Notes under the pieces: generated by a model | What the model saw: only the letters and a program-made list of their open reading frames with translations | What the model was told of the DNA's origin: nothing | Databases searched by the model: none | Part shown: piece by piece, positions 49,679 through 58,248 of the stretch | How positions within the stretch are numbered: position 1 is the first letter of the stretch | Layout of the letters: the number at the start of each line of letters is the position of its first letter | Program-made: the position numbers and the translations under genes | Origin: a bacterium | Lineage (GTDB): Bacteria; SAR324; XYD2-FULL-50-16; G965216635 | Direction of reading: 5' to 3' | NCBI GenBank assembly: GCA_965216635.1 | Contig: OZ244188.1 | Coordinates: 1,792,001 to 1,856,000, forward strand | DNA length: 64,000 bases

Positions 49679-50575
49679 CTATTTGACACAACCTATTCCA
49701 ACATTCACACAATACCAAGAAGGAATATGTGCTCCCTTAGGGTTGTTGCTTGGAAATATATCTAAATTGGGTAATATTTCAAAATCTCTTGGATTAGGCT
49801 TATCCTTTGGATCATAGTTATGATTTATTTTAGGGTTTATGTTATATTTGCTAATATTAAAATGTATATGGTCTTTTTCATCTATTACATTGCTGTTTTT
49901 TCCAAAAATTTTAATAAATTCTCGATTTGTACCACCAATATCCACATCATTTTTTAAAACATCTAAAATTATATTTTTCAAACTATGATCACCTTTTTGA
50001 GCGTCTATAAGTCCAAATTGAATATCTACAGCTCTAGCACCATGTTTTTCTCCATGAGAAGTTTTTTCTCCTGCATCCTTTATTATGTTTCCAGTATCTC
50101 TTGAAAACCATACAGTTATCCCGTCTATTTGCTTACTATATCTATCTCCACCTGTTACATCAATCCAGAAATTTTTAGCAGTTAATCTTGTTTTAGTGCC
50201 CGCTTTGATCTCTGCTTCATATTTTTCATTATACTTGGCTATAATTTCTCCGTGTACGTCTTTAAGTTTTTCTAGTAATTTTCTATTTTTAATTTCTTTT
50301 CTAATTCTTAAAGCGTTGTTTTCTACTGCGTTTTTTGCGGTTTGTTGGGCTGTTTTTGCGTCTAATCCTACCGCTGATGCTGAGAATAATGTTGATATTT
50401 GTGATGTAGCTGATACCCATTTATCTGATATGTTTGTATTGTTTGCTAACTCTTCTCCTACTATCTCCCCTACCACTCCTCCAAATGCTCCAGACTTGCA
50501 GTCTCCTGATTTAGCTGCTCCTAAAGCACAGCCTAACAGGGCGTGTGCCCCTTTGCGTTGCCAGTAGTTTTTTTA
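49679..50575 (-). CDS. Orphan toxin module 3: DUF637-like fragment, VENN, peptidase M15-like C-terminus (no clear start)
   Basis: HALLGCALGAAKSGDC..AKNAVENN; then TGGDR..SHGEKHGARAVD..DHIH. Confidence 0.6.
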
Positions 50576-50597
50576 GTGATTTTATCTTTTTCTATTC

Positions 50598-50861
50598 TTA
50601 CATATCCCATTCTACATATACAGGTTGGGCACCTTTTTTCATTTCTCGCCAACTATCTAGCGGCACCCCAAAATCTTCTAAAGCGCATTCTTTTGCTATT
50701 TCTAATGTATCTTGTAAGTCATCATATCCGTAACCTTCATCCCAAGCTATAACATAATAATAAACTACTTTTTCTTTTGTATGATCATCTGTCCACTCGT
50801 CTGGCTCAATGGTATATCTTTTACCATTGTGTTTTGCAATATATTTAGTGAAATCTCCCAT
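50598..50861 (-). CDS. Putative immunity protein for module 2 (ATG 50861)
   Basis: Small acidic ORF 4 nt after the toxin stop; DLQDTLEIAKECALEDFGVP. Confidence 0.65.
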   Translation of the reverse strand: MGDFTKYIAKHNGKRYTIEPDEWTDDHTKEKVVYYYVIAWDEGYGYDDLQDTLEIAKECALEDFGVPLDSWREMKKGAQPVYVEWDM

Positions 50862-50865
50862 TTTG

Positions 50866-51708
50866 CTACTCTCTAGGATAAATACGATGAGGTCCAACAT
50901 CAATCCAATCTCCATTTTTTAGTTCCTCAACATGTCCGTGTGGTCTATCTGGTATATTAGTTTCAGGTTTATTGCTTGGATTTTTAATATCAAACCTAAT
51001 TTTTCGTGTACCATCTTTAGAAATAAAAATTTTATCACCATGTTTATTAGTCCTAACTATAGCTTTTTGTGTTTTATTATCATCCATTTTTTGTTTTTTA
51101 AAAATATTTAGACAACCTTTAGCTTTTGTAAGGCATTTAGCTGTAGCTCCTGTAGTTAAAATTGCCTCTGTAATATTATTATTAATTTCATCTTGATTTT
51201 CTTCCCCTTCTTTTTCTTCTGGGTAAAGTTCAGCATTACTTAATTCTTCAGCACTAAAAAGATAGTCTAATATCCATAGTGCATTATTTTCTATTGCGTT
51301 TTGGGCGGTGTCTGAGGCTACATTAAAATCTCCGCCTAAGGCGGATGTTCCGAATATAGCTGCTGTTGTGCCTGCTATTTTTACTAGCCGTTCATCTGTC
51401 TCGCTAAATTCTCCGTCTTGAATTAATGGATTTCCTACTGCTTCTCCTACTATTTCTCCTATAACTGCTCCTGCTGCACCTGACGCACATTCTCCAGCTT
51501 TAGCTGCTCCTGCCAAACATCCAAGCACAGCGTGTGATCCTTTATGAATAAGATAAGTGCTGACGCTATTTGTTGATTGTCCTCTGCTTTGATTAAAATC
51601 ATTGTTTCTATTTTCAACATACTGATCTCCTATAAAGTTTGCTCCTTCTTTGGCGGCTGTATCTATCGCTAATGTCTTGTAGGCTTCTCCTAAATTATTC
51701 CAAAATTC
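50866..51708 (-). CDS. Orphan toxin module 2: DUF637-like fragment, IENN, putative nuclease C-terminus
   Basis: 51283-51708 near-identical to 54109-54534; CT with DGTRKIRFD..PHGHVE. Confidence 0.65.
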   Translation of the reverse strand, partial: EFWNNLGEAYKTLAIDTAAKEGANFIGDQYVENRNNDFNQSRGQSTNSVSTYLIHKGSHAVLGCLAGAAKAGECASGAAGAVIGEIVGEAVGNPLIQDGEFSETDERLVKIAGTTAAIFGTSALGGDFNVASDTAQNAIENNALWILDYLFSAEELSNAELYPEEKEGEENQDEINNNITEAILTTGATAKCLTKAKGCLNIFKKQKMDDNKTQKAIVRTNKHGDKIFISKDGTRKIRFDIKNPSNKPETNIPDRPHGHVEELKNGDWIDVGPHRIYPRE

Positions 51709-51717
51709 TAGTTGACC

Positions 51718-51935
51718 TTAACTTTGTTGGGTTGGCTTTCCTGTTGGAGTTGTAAGAAAATTTATTATATCTTGCGGACTATTAAAATTTTTTCTTTTTG
51801 GAATATGCCAACTATCACCAAAATATTTTGAAACATCCCACCACTTTTTTTCTTCAAAAAACCCTACTCCGCTTTTATTTAAAATAAGATATTGATTATT
51901 CTTTTCAGAACTAGAAGATAAATATTCATTACTCC
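51718..51935 (-). pseudogene. Probable C-terminal gene remnant (toxin tip?)
   Basis: Open frame ..NEYLSS..KKWWDVSKYFGDSWHIPK..PTQQS* without a start. Confidence 0.35.
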
Positions 51936-51981
51936 TGACTTGATAGGCAAAACCTCAATATATACTTGTTGATCATTAAGA

Positions 51982-52485
51982 TTATATCTTAGAAAAAAAT
52001 CTGATAGTTTCTTTATCATAAATAGAAGGTTCTGCTCCTTTATAAAAAATACTTATTCGCTGAAGTTCTATTTTGTTATTAAATATTTCTATATCACTAC
52101 TACCTCCTCCTCCAGATGGTAAATACCCTCCAACAACACTTTCAGTAGTTTGATTTAAAGGAGCAAAACCTCTATTTATTCGCATTTTGATTGCGATTAG
52201 CCCTTCTAAAGGATAAAATTTGTAAGTTTTTCTTCCTTTAATACCTAGAGGAGATAAATCTGCGTAGATTGTTCCATTTTTATCAGTTATCTCTAAACTA
52301 GAAATAGGAAAATCCGATTTGTTACGTACACTCACTCTATATATTACTTTGGTTGCTTCATCATAATAATATAAAGCTATAAAAAAAAACACGCAAAAAC
52401 ATATAAATAAACCAAAACCGTATAAGAGAGATAATAGTAAATATCTAATAAATTTATTCATTGTTATTATAATTTTTACCTTCAC
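51982..52485 (-). CDS. Hypothetical N-terminally anchored protein (immunity candidate)
   Basis: TM segment then soluble domain; lies within the orphan array. Confidence 0.55.
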   Translation of the reverse strand: MKVKIIITMNKFIRYLLLSLLYGFGLFICFCVFFFIALYYYDEATKVIYRVSVRNKSDFPISSLEITDKNGTIYADLSPLGIKGRKTYKFYPLEGLIAIKMRINRGFAPLNQTTESVVGGYLPSGGGGSSDIEIFNNKIELQRISIFYKGAEPSIYDKETIRFFSKI

Positions 52486-52494
52486 CTTTAATGA

Positions 52495-52916
52495 TTAGGA
52501 ATCATCACAACTTACAGAATAGACCGTTTCTTTATAGTAATCTATATCAATATCTAAACCTAAATCTTTAAATTCAATACAATATGATGCTTCACCATTA
52601 GAATACCAAAAAGGCTCTTCTATCACGTCAGGTTCTTGTCCTATAATTCTTATTAGTTTTTTAATGGTAATCCGATTAAATTGACTGATTTATAATAACA
52701 ATAACTAAAACTTTGAATACCAGAAATTATTCCATCTTCTTCATTAACATCTATATAAATTTCTTGCTTTGGAGTAGCATAGCGACCTCCGCTAATTTCT
52801 CCTTCAAGTATATCTTCAACTAAATTATATTTAGATATATAATTCTTTATTGGAGTGTTAAATACAATGAAACCAAATTGCTTCCTAGGGATAAGTTGCC
52901 AATCTGTAGGTTTCAT
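52495..52916 (-). pseudogene. Frameshifted immunity-like gene
   Basis: MKPTDWQLIP...NLIGLPLK then continues in another frame IIGQEPDVIEEPFWY...VSCDDS*. Confidence 0.55.
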
Positions 52917-52939
52917 TATATTAGATTTCTTTTTTCCTT

Positions 52940-53150
52940 TATCTATTGTAATTTGGTCTTCCATGTGTTTCTCCTTTCTTTTGTTTTTGAATATTTTTTT
53001 TAATTTTTTTTTTAATATTTCTTTTTTCTTTTCTAGAAAGCTTAGGATTTTTTAGTTTTTCTTTTAAATCTTTTACTTGTTTTTCTTGTGAAGTTTTTGT
53101 CTTTTGATTCCCATGAGGTTCATTCTTACTATTATCCCTAGCTTTTTTTC
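52940..53150 (-). pseudogene. Degraded toxin C-terminal remnant
   Basis: Frameshifted pieces SKNEPHGNQK..EKQVKDLKE / KQKKGETHGR directly upstream of an immunity-like gene. Confidence 0.4.
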
Positions 53151-53164
53151 CTTAAATGATATTC

Positions 53165-53635
53165 TCACTTTATACCGTAATTTAGTTTTTTAATCTGGTT
53201 GATAAATAGTTCTTTTTTTGATGGAATGCCTACCTGCAATATAGAATGAGTCTTCCAATTATCAAATCGTTCTTCTATTGGAAAAGATCCAAGTACAGTA
53301 TCTTCTAAAATATCCTTAATATTCAAAGATTCAATTATGTTTGTCATAATGTGTTCATTTGTATATCCTCTTGCATCTAATCTACTTGTGGTTTCAAGAA
53401 GACAATCAAAACTTTCCCTAGAATTTTCTCCTGAGACAGCTAGTATTAAAGGTAAATCCATTGCTATTTTTTCAATGAATTTACTAAACATCCTCGTATC
53501 AACAATCTTATTTCTAATATATAAAGTAAGATTTGTATGCTGTAGTGAAACATCTGATTTATATTCCTTATATGAATTTAAAAAAGCAAACCTGATAGGC
53601 ATAGACATATATTCACCGATAATACTCCATTTCAT
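53165..53635 (-). CDS. Putative immunity protein for module 1
   Basis: Overlaps the toxin stop (ATGA). Confidence 0.6.
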   Translation of the reverse strand: MKWSIIGEYMSMPIRFAFLNSYKEYKSDVSLQHTNLTLYIRNKIVDTRMFSKFIEKIAMDLPLILAVSGENSRESFDCLLETTSRLDARGYTNEHIMTNIIESLNIKDILEDTVLGSFPIEERFDNWKTHSILQVGIPSKKELFINQIKKLNYGIK

Positions 53636-54700
53636 TTTATATTATTATTTTTAATAAATTGATTAATGGTATTAATATTTCTTTGGGTATTACGAATAGT
53701 ATTCTCAACTTGGGACTTATATCTCATTTTTGATAACTTTTCAATATGCTCTAAATGAGTTTTTTTAGTACTTTCTAATGCTTTTAAAATAGATTTAGGA
53801 CCATCTTTTTTTAATTGTTTTTCTAAACTTTTATAAACTTTAGGATTAATATCTTTAGTTTTTTTAGCTATTTTTGCACCTTTATATGCATATTTTCCAC
53901 CTTTAATTATCCAGCCTCCTACTCCACCTAATACACCACCTATAGCCGCATCTATACCAACCTCTCCGTAATCAATATCTTCTGCAGCTTCTAAAAGAGA
54001 TTGATCTTCTACAATAACTCCTTCTGCGACCTGCTCTCCTACGCTCCACGCTGCACCTGATGCTGCTCCAACAGCAATGGCTATCAATACAGCACTTGTA
54101 AATATTAAATTATTTTCTATTGCGTTTTGGGCGGTGTCTGAGGCTACATTAAAATCTCCGCCTAAGGCGGATGTTCCGAATATAGCTGCTGTTGTGCCTG
54201 CTATTTTTACTAGCCGTTCATCTGTCTCGCTAAATTCTCCGTCTTGAATTAATGGATTTCCTACTGCTTCTCCTACTATTTCTCCTATAACTGCTCCTGC
54301 TGCACCTGATGCACATTCTCCAGCTTTAGCTGCTCCTACAGCACAACCTAACAGGGCGTGGGATGTTTTATGAGTAAGATAAGTGCTGACGCTATTTGTT
54401 GATTGTCCTCTGCTTTCCCAAGCATCTTGTTTTCTGTTTTCAATATACTGATCTCCTATAAAGTTTGCTCCTTCTTTGGCGGCTGTATCTATCGCTAGTG
54501 TTTTGTAAGCTTCTCCTAAATTATTCCAAAATTCACCACCACTTTCTCTATTTACTAGAGAGCTGACTCCTGTGTTTGTTGTAGTGTTGACTATACTCCT
54601 ATAATAGTTATCTGGGTTAGTATAGGTTGTTTTAAATCCATCTCCTCCCCATTTCTCTACTCCAGCGTCTACTCCATAAGTCACTCCAGCAGAGATTGTT
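53632..54700 (-). CDS. Orphan toxin module 1: DUF637-like region, IENN, Gly/Ala hydrophobic segment, basic helical C-terminus
   Basis: THKTSHALLGCAVGAAKAGECASGAAGAVIGE..AQNAIENN. Confidence 0.7.
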
Positions 54701-54760
54701 AGGAATTATAGGATTTATGATAGGATTCGTGGAGGTGATAGGAGAGACACTAATATAATA

Positions 54761-55765
54761 CTATTCAATTGTAACTGGTTTGTCGTTTTTATAAAAAATA
54801 TCAGATAAGTCTTTGCACTGTTCTAGCATCTCTTTCCCAAAAAATGATATTGAATCATGGACTCCATCACCAAATATTCCATTTTTAAAATTTTTTGTTA
54901 AAAAAAATGAATATTCAAAATCTGGAAAAATAGGAATGAACCATTCATCAGCATAATCAACTTTTTCAAAAGATAAGAATGGGTTAAATGAGTAACAAGG
55001 ATGACACCAGTCTAGTGCATACATCCTATCTTTTTTGTTTTTTGTTATAGATTGAAAAATATTTATAAATTTTTTTCCTGAATTTCTAATAAATTTTTCA
55101 GTGCAATTACGAGCAATATATTTAAAATATTCTTTAATATCGTAATGAATAACAGGTTGTGGTAGAGTGATACTGAAATCATCATAAACACTAGGTACAA
55201 ATAGAAGAGTATTCTTTACAAAATCCCATGCTAAATCGTCTGCTTCTTCATTTAATTCTTTCCAATTTGTCATATTATTTTTTACCATATAATTCTCTAT
55301 ATCAATACCGTGGAATCCTATTATTTTATGAACTGCATCTACAAATATAGCTGGACAGGGCCAAGAATTAAAATTTTTTGGTAAAAAAAATGTATAGCCT
55401 TTATTTGAAAAAACAGGGACTAACCATTTATCATATTTATCTTTTTCGAATGGTAATAGTGGATCAAAGGAATAACTCTCTCCTTCCCATTCTAACGCAT
55501 ACATTCTTTCTCCTTTTGCTATTTCTTTTAAAAGTTCCAAAATTTTATTTTCAAAACTTTGATAATTATTTTTGCAAAAACTAAAAATATAATTTTCTAT
55601 ATTGTAAAAATTAAAACCACAACAATTAATAGTAGATTGATAAACTCCATCTTTATTAGCTAAAAAGGGGTCTATGTGAGGTTCAAAGAAAAAAGTGTCT
55701 GGATTATAGATAAAATCCTGAATTAATTTTATAGTGTTTTTATCTAAAGGCTGCCAGTTTTTCAT
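54761..55765 (-). CDS. Tandem two-domain DUF2716-like immunity protein
   Basis: Internal repeat MKNWQPL/MTNWKEL, MYALEW/MYALDW, YSFDP/YSFNP, FFLPKNF/FFLTKNF. Confidence 0.65.
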   Translation of the reverse strand: MKNWQPLDKNTIKLIQDFIYNPDTFFFEPHIDPFLANKDGVYQSTINCCGFNFYNIENYIFSFCKNNYQSFENKILELLKEIAKGERMYALEWEGESYSFDPLLPFEKDKYDKWLVPVFSNKGYTFFLPKNFNSWPCPAIFVDAVHKIIGFHGIDIENYMVKNNMTNWKELNEEADDLAWDFVKNTLLFVPSVYDDFSITLPQPVIHYDIKEYFKYIARNCTEKFIRNSGKKFINIFQSITKNKKDRMYALDWCHPCYSFNPFLSFEKVDYADEWFIPIFPDFEYSFFLTKNFKNGIFGDGVHDSISFFGKEMLEQCKDLSDIFYKNDKPVTIE

Positions 55766-55930
55766 TTTATTTCTGTAAATTTTATATAGTGATCGTTTGT
55801 ATAGTATTTCTTTCCATTACTACCAATAACAACTCGTTTTTGTCCTCTTTTTTTAGGATCACTACTTTTACTAATATCATATTTTTTATAAGTGATTTGA
55901 TTGCCATTATTATCTACTCTAGGTAATTTT
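55762..55930 (-). pseudogene. Barnase/RNase Sa-like ribonuclease toxin remnant
   Basis: KLPRVDNNGNQITYKKYD...RGQKRVVIGSNGKKYYTNDHYIKF*; stop overlaps the ATG of the next gene. Confidence 0.7.
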
Positions 55931-55955
55931 TATAAACTTCGTTTGTCATTTTTAT

Positions 55956-56058
55956 TTAGATCTTAAAACACTCAACAATGATATAAAAAATCCCCTGTAC
56001 TCAGACTTAGATCTTAAAACACTCAACAATGATATAAAAAATCCCCTGTACCCAGACT
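55956..56058. repeat. 51-bp tandem duplication of a gene 3' end
   Basis: ttagatcttaaaacactcaacaatgatataaaaaatcccctgtac twice. Confidence 0.85.
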
Positions 56059-56325
56059 GCGATATTTAATTTTAGTTTCTTTAAGTATTTCCTTTAGTTT
56101 TTTTGTAAGTTCTACACCTACTTTGTCTAATTTTTCTATTTCTTCCTCTCCATTTTTTTTACTAGGAGAGAAATAAATAATTTCTTTATATTGCGTATTC
56201 CATAAATACAGATCTCTTTTATATTTTTTAGGTAAATCAAGATTAAGGTTTATTAGGCTACTTTCATATTCATCAATTAGTATATGAGAATTATGATAAT
56301 CCGCTGATAAAATTAAATATTTCAT
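56023..56325 (-). CDS. Small hypothetical protein (immunity candidate)
   Basis: 100-aa ORF in the orphan array. Confidence 0.55.
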   Translation of the reverse strand: MKYLILSADYHNSHILIDEYESSLINLNLDLPKKYKRDLYLWNTQYKEIIYFSPSKKNGEEEIEKLDKVGVELTKKLKEILKETKIKYRSLGTGDFLYHC

Positions 56326-56378
56326 TTTTCTACAAGAAAAAAATTTATTCTAATAGTTTTTTAAACTGATATATTCTA

Positions 56379-56943
56379 TTATAGAAGGTTAGGATAAACT
56401 ATACGGTGAAAGCTATCGTGAGAGCTATTGTTCCATCTATAGTATTGAGGTTCGTTTTTTTTTATAGTAATTTTTTTTTTAATAAGGAAAAAAGATTGAT
56501 TAAACAAAGTTGTAGAATTTACCAGACCTAAAGTAATTTCTCTTTGCTGTTTTCCATTCAGAGGGATATAAATTTCTATTTTTTTTTTTTGGTCTCAAAC
56601 AAGCTACAAAATATTTATTGTATTTAAATTTTCTATGTATTTTTTCCATAAAATCAGACTTATCTTCAAACAAATAGATACATTCAGTTATACTTGCAGA
56701 CGTATATCGGGAAGTTCTATATTTTATTAGCACAAGTAAGGCTGTATCTGGCTTTTTTTCTCTATATTGATATTGCTTTTTTTGAGGAATCATTTTCGCC
56801 TTGTGTAATAGGGTAGGTTGTTCGGGTTTATGGCCACTAACTTCAAGAATTAACGCAAAAGGAGCATCACATCCTATTATAAGAAATGAAAATAAAATTA
56901 CTAAAACCTTCAAAAATATAGTTGTTTGAATTTTTGTTTTCAT
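56379..56943 (-). pseudogene. Lipoprotein paralog 3, frameshifted at an A12 tract
   Basis: After the tract (T12 at 56579-56590) the shifted frame reads IEIYIPLNGK..KKKITIKKNEPQYYRWNN..SFHRIVYP, matching paralogs 1 and 2. Confidence 0.8.
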
Positions 56944-57005
56944 AATATTTTGGTATTAGAGTTAGTTCTGTTAAAGAAAGGATTTTAGTTTGAATAGATT
57001 TATTA

Positions 57006-57578
57006 TTATGGGTAGTCTATGCGGTGAAAACTATTGTGATGAATATTATTCCATCTATAGTATTGAGGAATGTCTTTTTTTATGGTTATTTTTTTCTTTG
57101 TAAGGGCAAAGGCTAGGTAAAAAAAATCTTCAAAAAAACTAAGATCATTTCTTTCATCTTCAGAATTTATACGTATGAAATTAGGACCTAGGCCTAAGAT
57201 AAGTTCTCTTTCTTCTTTACCCTTTAAAGGGATGTGCATCTCTATTTTTTCACCTGGTTTTGCACAGGCTACAAAATATTTGTTGTGTTTAGCTTCTACA
57301 TATATTTTTTTAATAAAACTAGAATCATCCTCAAACAAATAGATGCAACCAGATTTTTTTCTGCCATAGTACTGGAATGTTTTATGTTTTATTAAAACAA
57401 GCAAAGCTGTATCTGGTTTTTGTTCTCTATACTTATACTGATGTTTTCTGTGGATTAGTTTAGCTTCAGATACTGACTGAGGTTTTTCGTAGTGAAATCC
57501 TGTACATCCTATTGCAAAAAATAGTGGTGAAATCGCCAAGAGTTTTAAAAATAGAACTATGTGAATTTTTATCTTCAT
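57006..57578 (-). CDS. Lipoprotein-like protein, paralog 2 (immunity candidate)
   Basis: FAIGC lipobox-like; 634-bp tandem duplicate of 57640-58212. Confidence 0.7.
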   Translation of the reverse strand: MKIKIHIVLFLKLLAISPLFFAIGCTGFHYEKPQSVSEAKLIHRKHQYKYREQKPDTALLVLIKHKTFQYYGRKKSGCIYLFEDDSSFIKKIYVEAKHNKYFVACAKPGEKIEMHIPLKGKEERELILGLGPNFIRINSEDERNDLSFFEDFFYLAFALTKKKITIKKDIPQYYRWNNIHHNSFHRIDYP

Positions 57579-57639
57579 AATGTTTGGTATTAGAGTTTTT
57601 GCTGTTAAAGAAAGGATTTTAGTTTGAATAGATTTATTA

Positions 57640-58212
57640 TTATGGGTGGTCAGTGCGGTGAAAACTATTGTGATTAATATTATTCCATCTATAGTATTGA
57701 GGAATGTCTTTTTTTATGGTTATTTTTTTCTTTGTAAGGGCAAAGGCTAGGTAAAAAAAACCTTCAAAAAAACTAAGATCATTTCTTTCATCTTCAGAAT
57801 TTATACTTATTAAATTAGGACCTAGGCCTAAGATAAGTTCTCTTTCTTCTTTACCCTTTAAAGGGATGTGCATCTCTATTTTTTCACCTGGTTTTGCACA
57901 GGCTACAAAATATTTGTTGTGTTTAGCTTCTACATATATTTTTTTAATAAAACTAGAATCATCCTCAAACAAATAGATGCAACCAGATTTTTTTCTGCCA
58001 TAGTACTGGAATGTTTTATGTTTTATTAAAACAAGCAAGGCTGTATCTGGTTTTTGTTCTCTATACTTATGCTGATGTTTTCTGTGGATTAGTTTAGCTT
58101 CAGATACTGACTGAGGTTTTTCGTAGTGAAATCCTGCACATCCTATTGCAAAAAATAGTGGTGAAATCGCCAAGAGTTTTAAAAATAGAACTATGTGAAT
58201 TTTTATCTTCAT
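57640..58212 (-). CDS. Lipoprotein-like protein, paralog 1 (immunity candidate)
   Basis: Directly downstream of tpsA; near-identical to paralog 2. Confidence 0.7.
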   Translation of the reverse strand: MKIKIHIVLFLKLLAISPLFFAIGCAGFHYEKPQSVSEAKLIHRKHQHKYREQKPDTALLVLIKHKTFQYYGRKKSGCIYLFEDDSSFIKKIYVEAKHNKYFVACAKPGEKIEMHIPLKGKEERELILGLGPNLISINSEDERNDLSFFEGFFYLAFALTKKKITIKKDIPQYYRWNNINHNSFHRTDHP

Positions 58213-58248
58213 AATATTTTTGTATTAGAATATAGAATATATTAGGAT

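Noticed and set aside
54700..54750. Short atagga-rich repeats at a module boundary
   Set aside because: Too short and degenerate to assign
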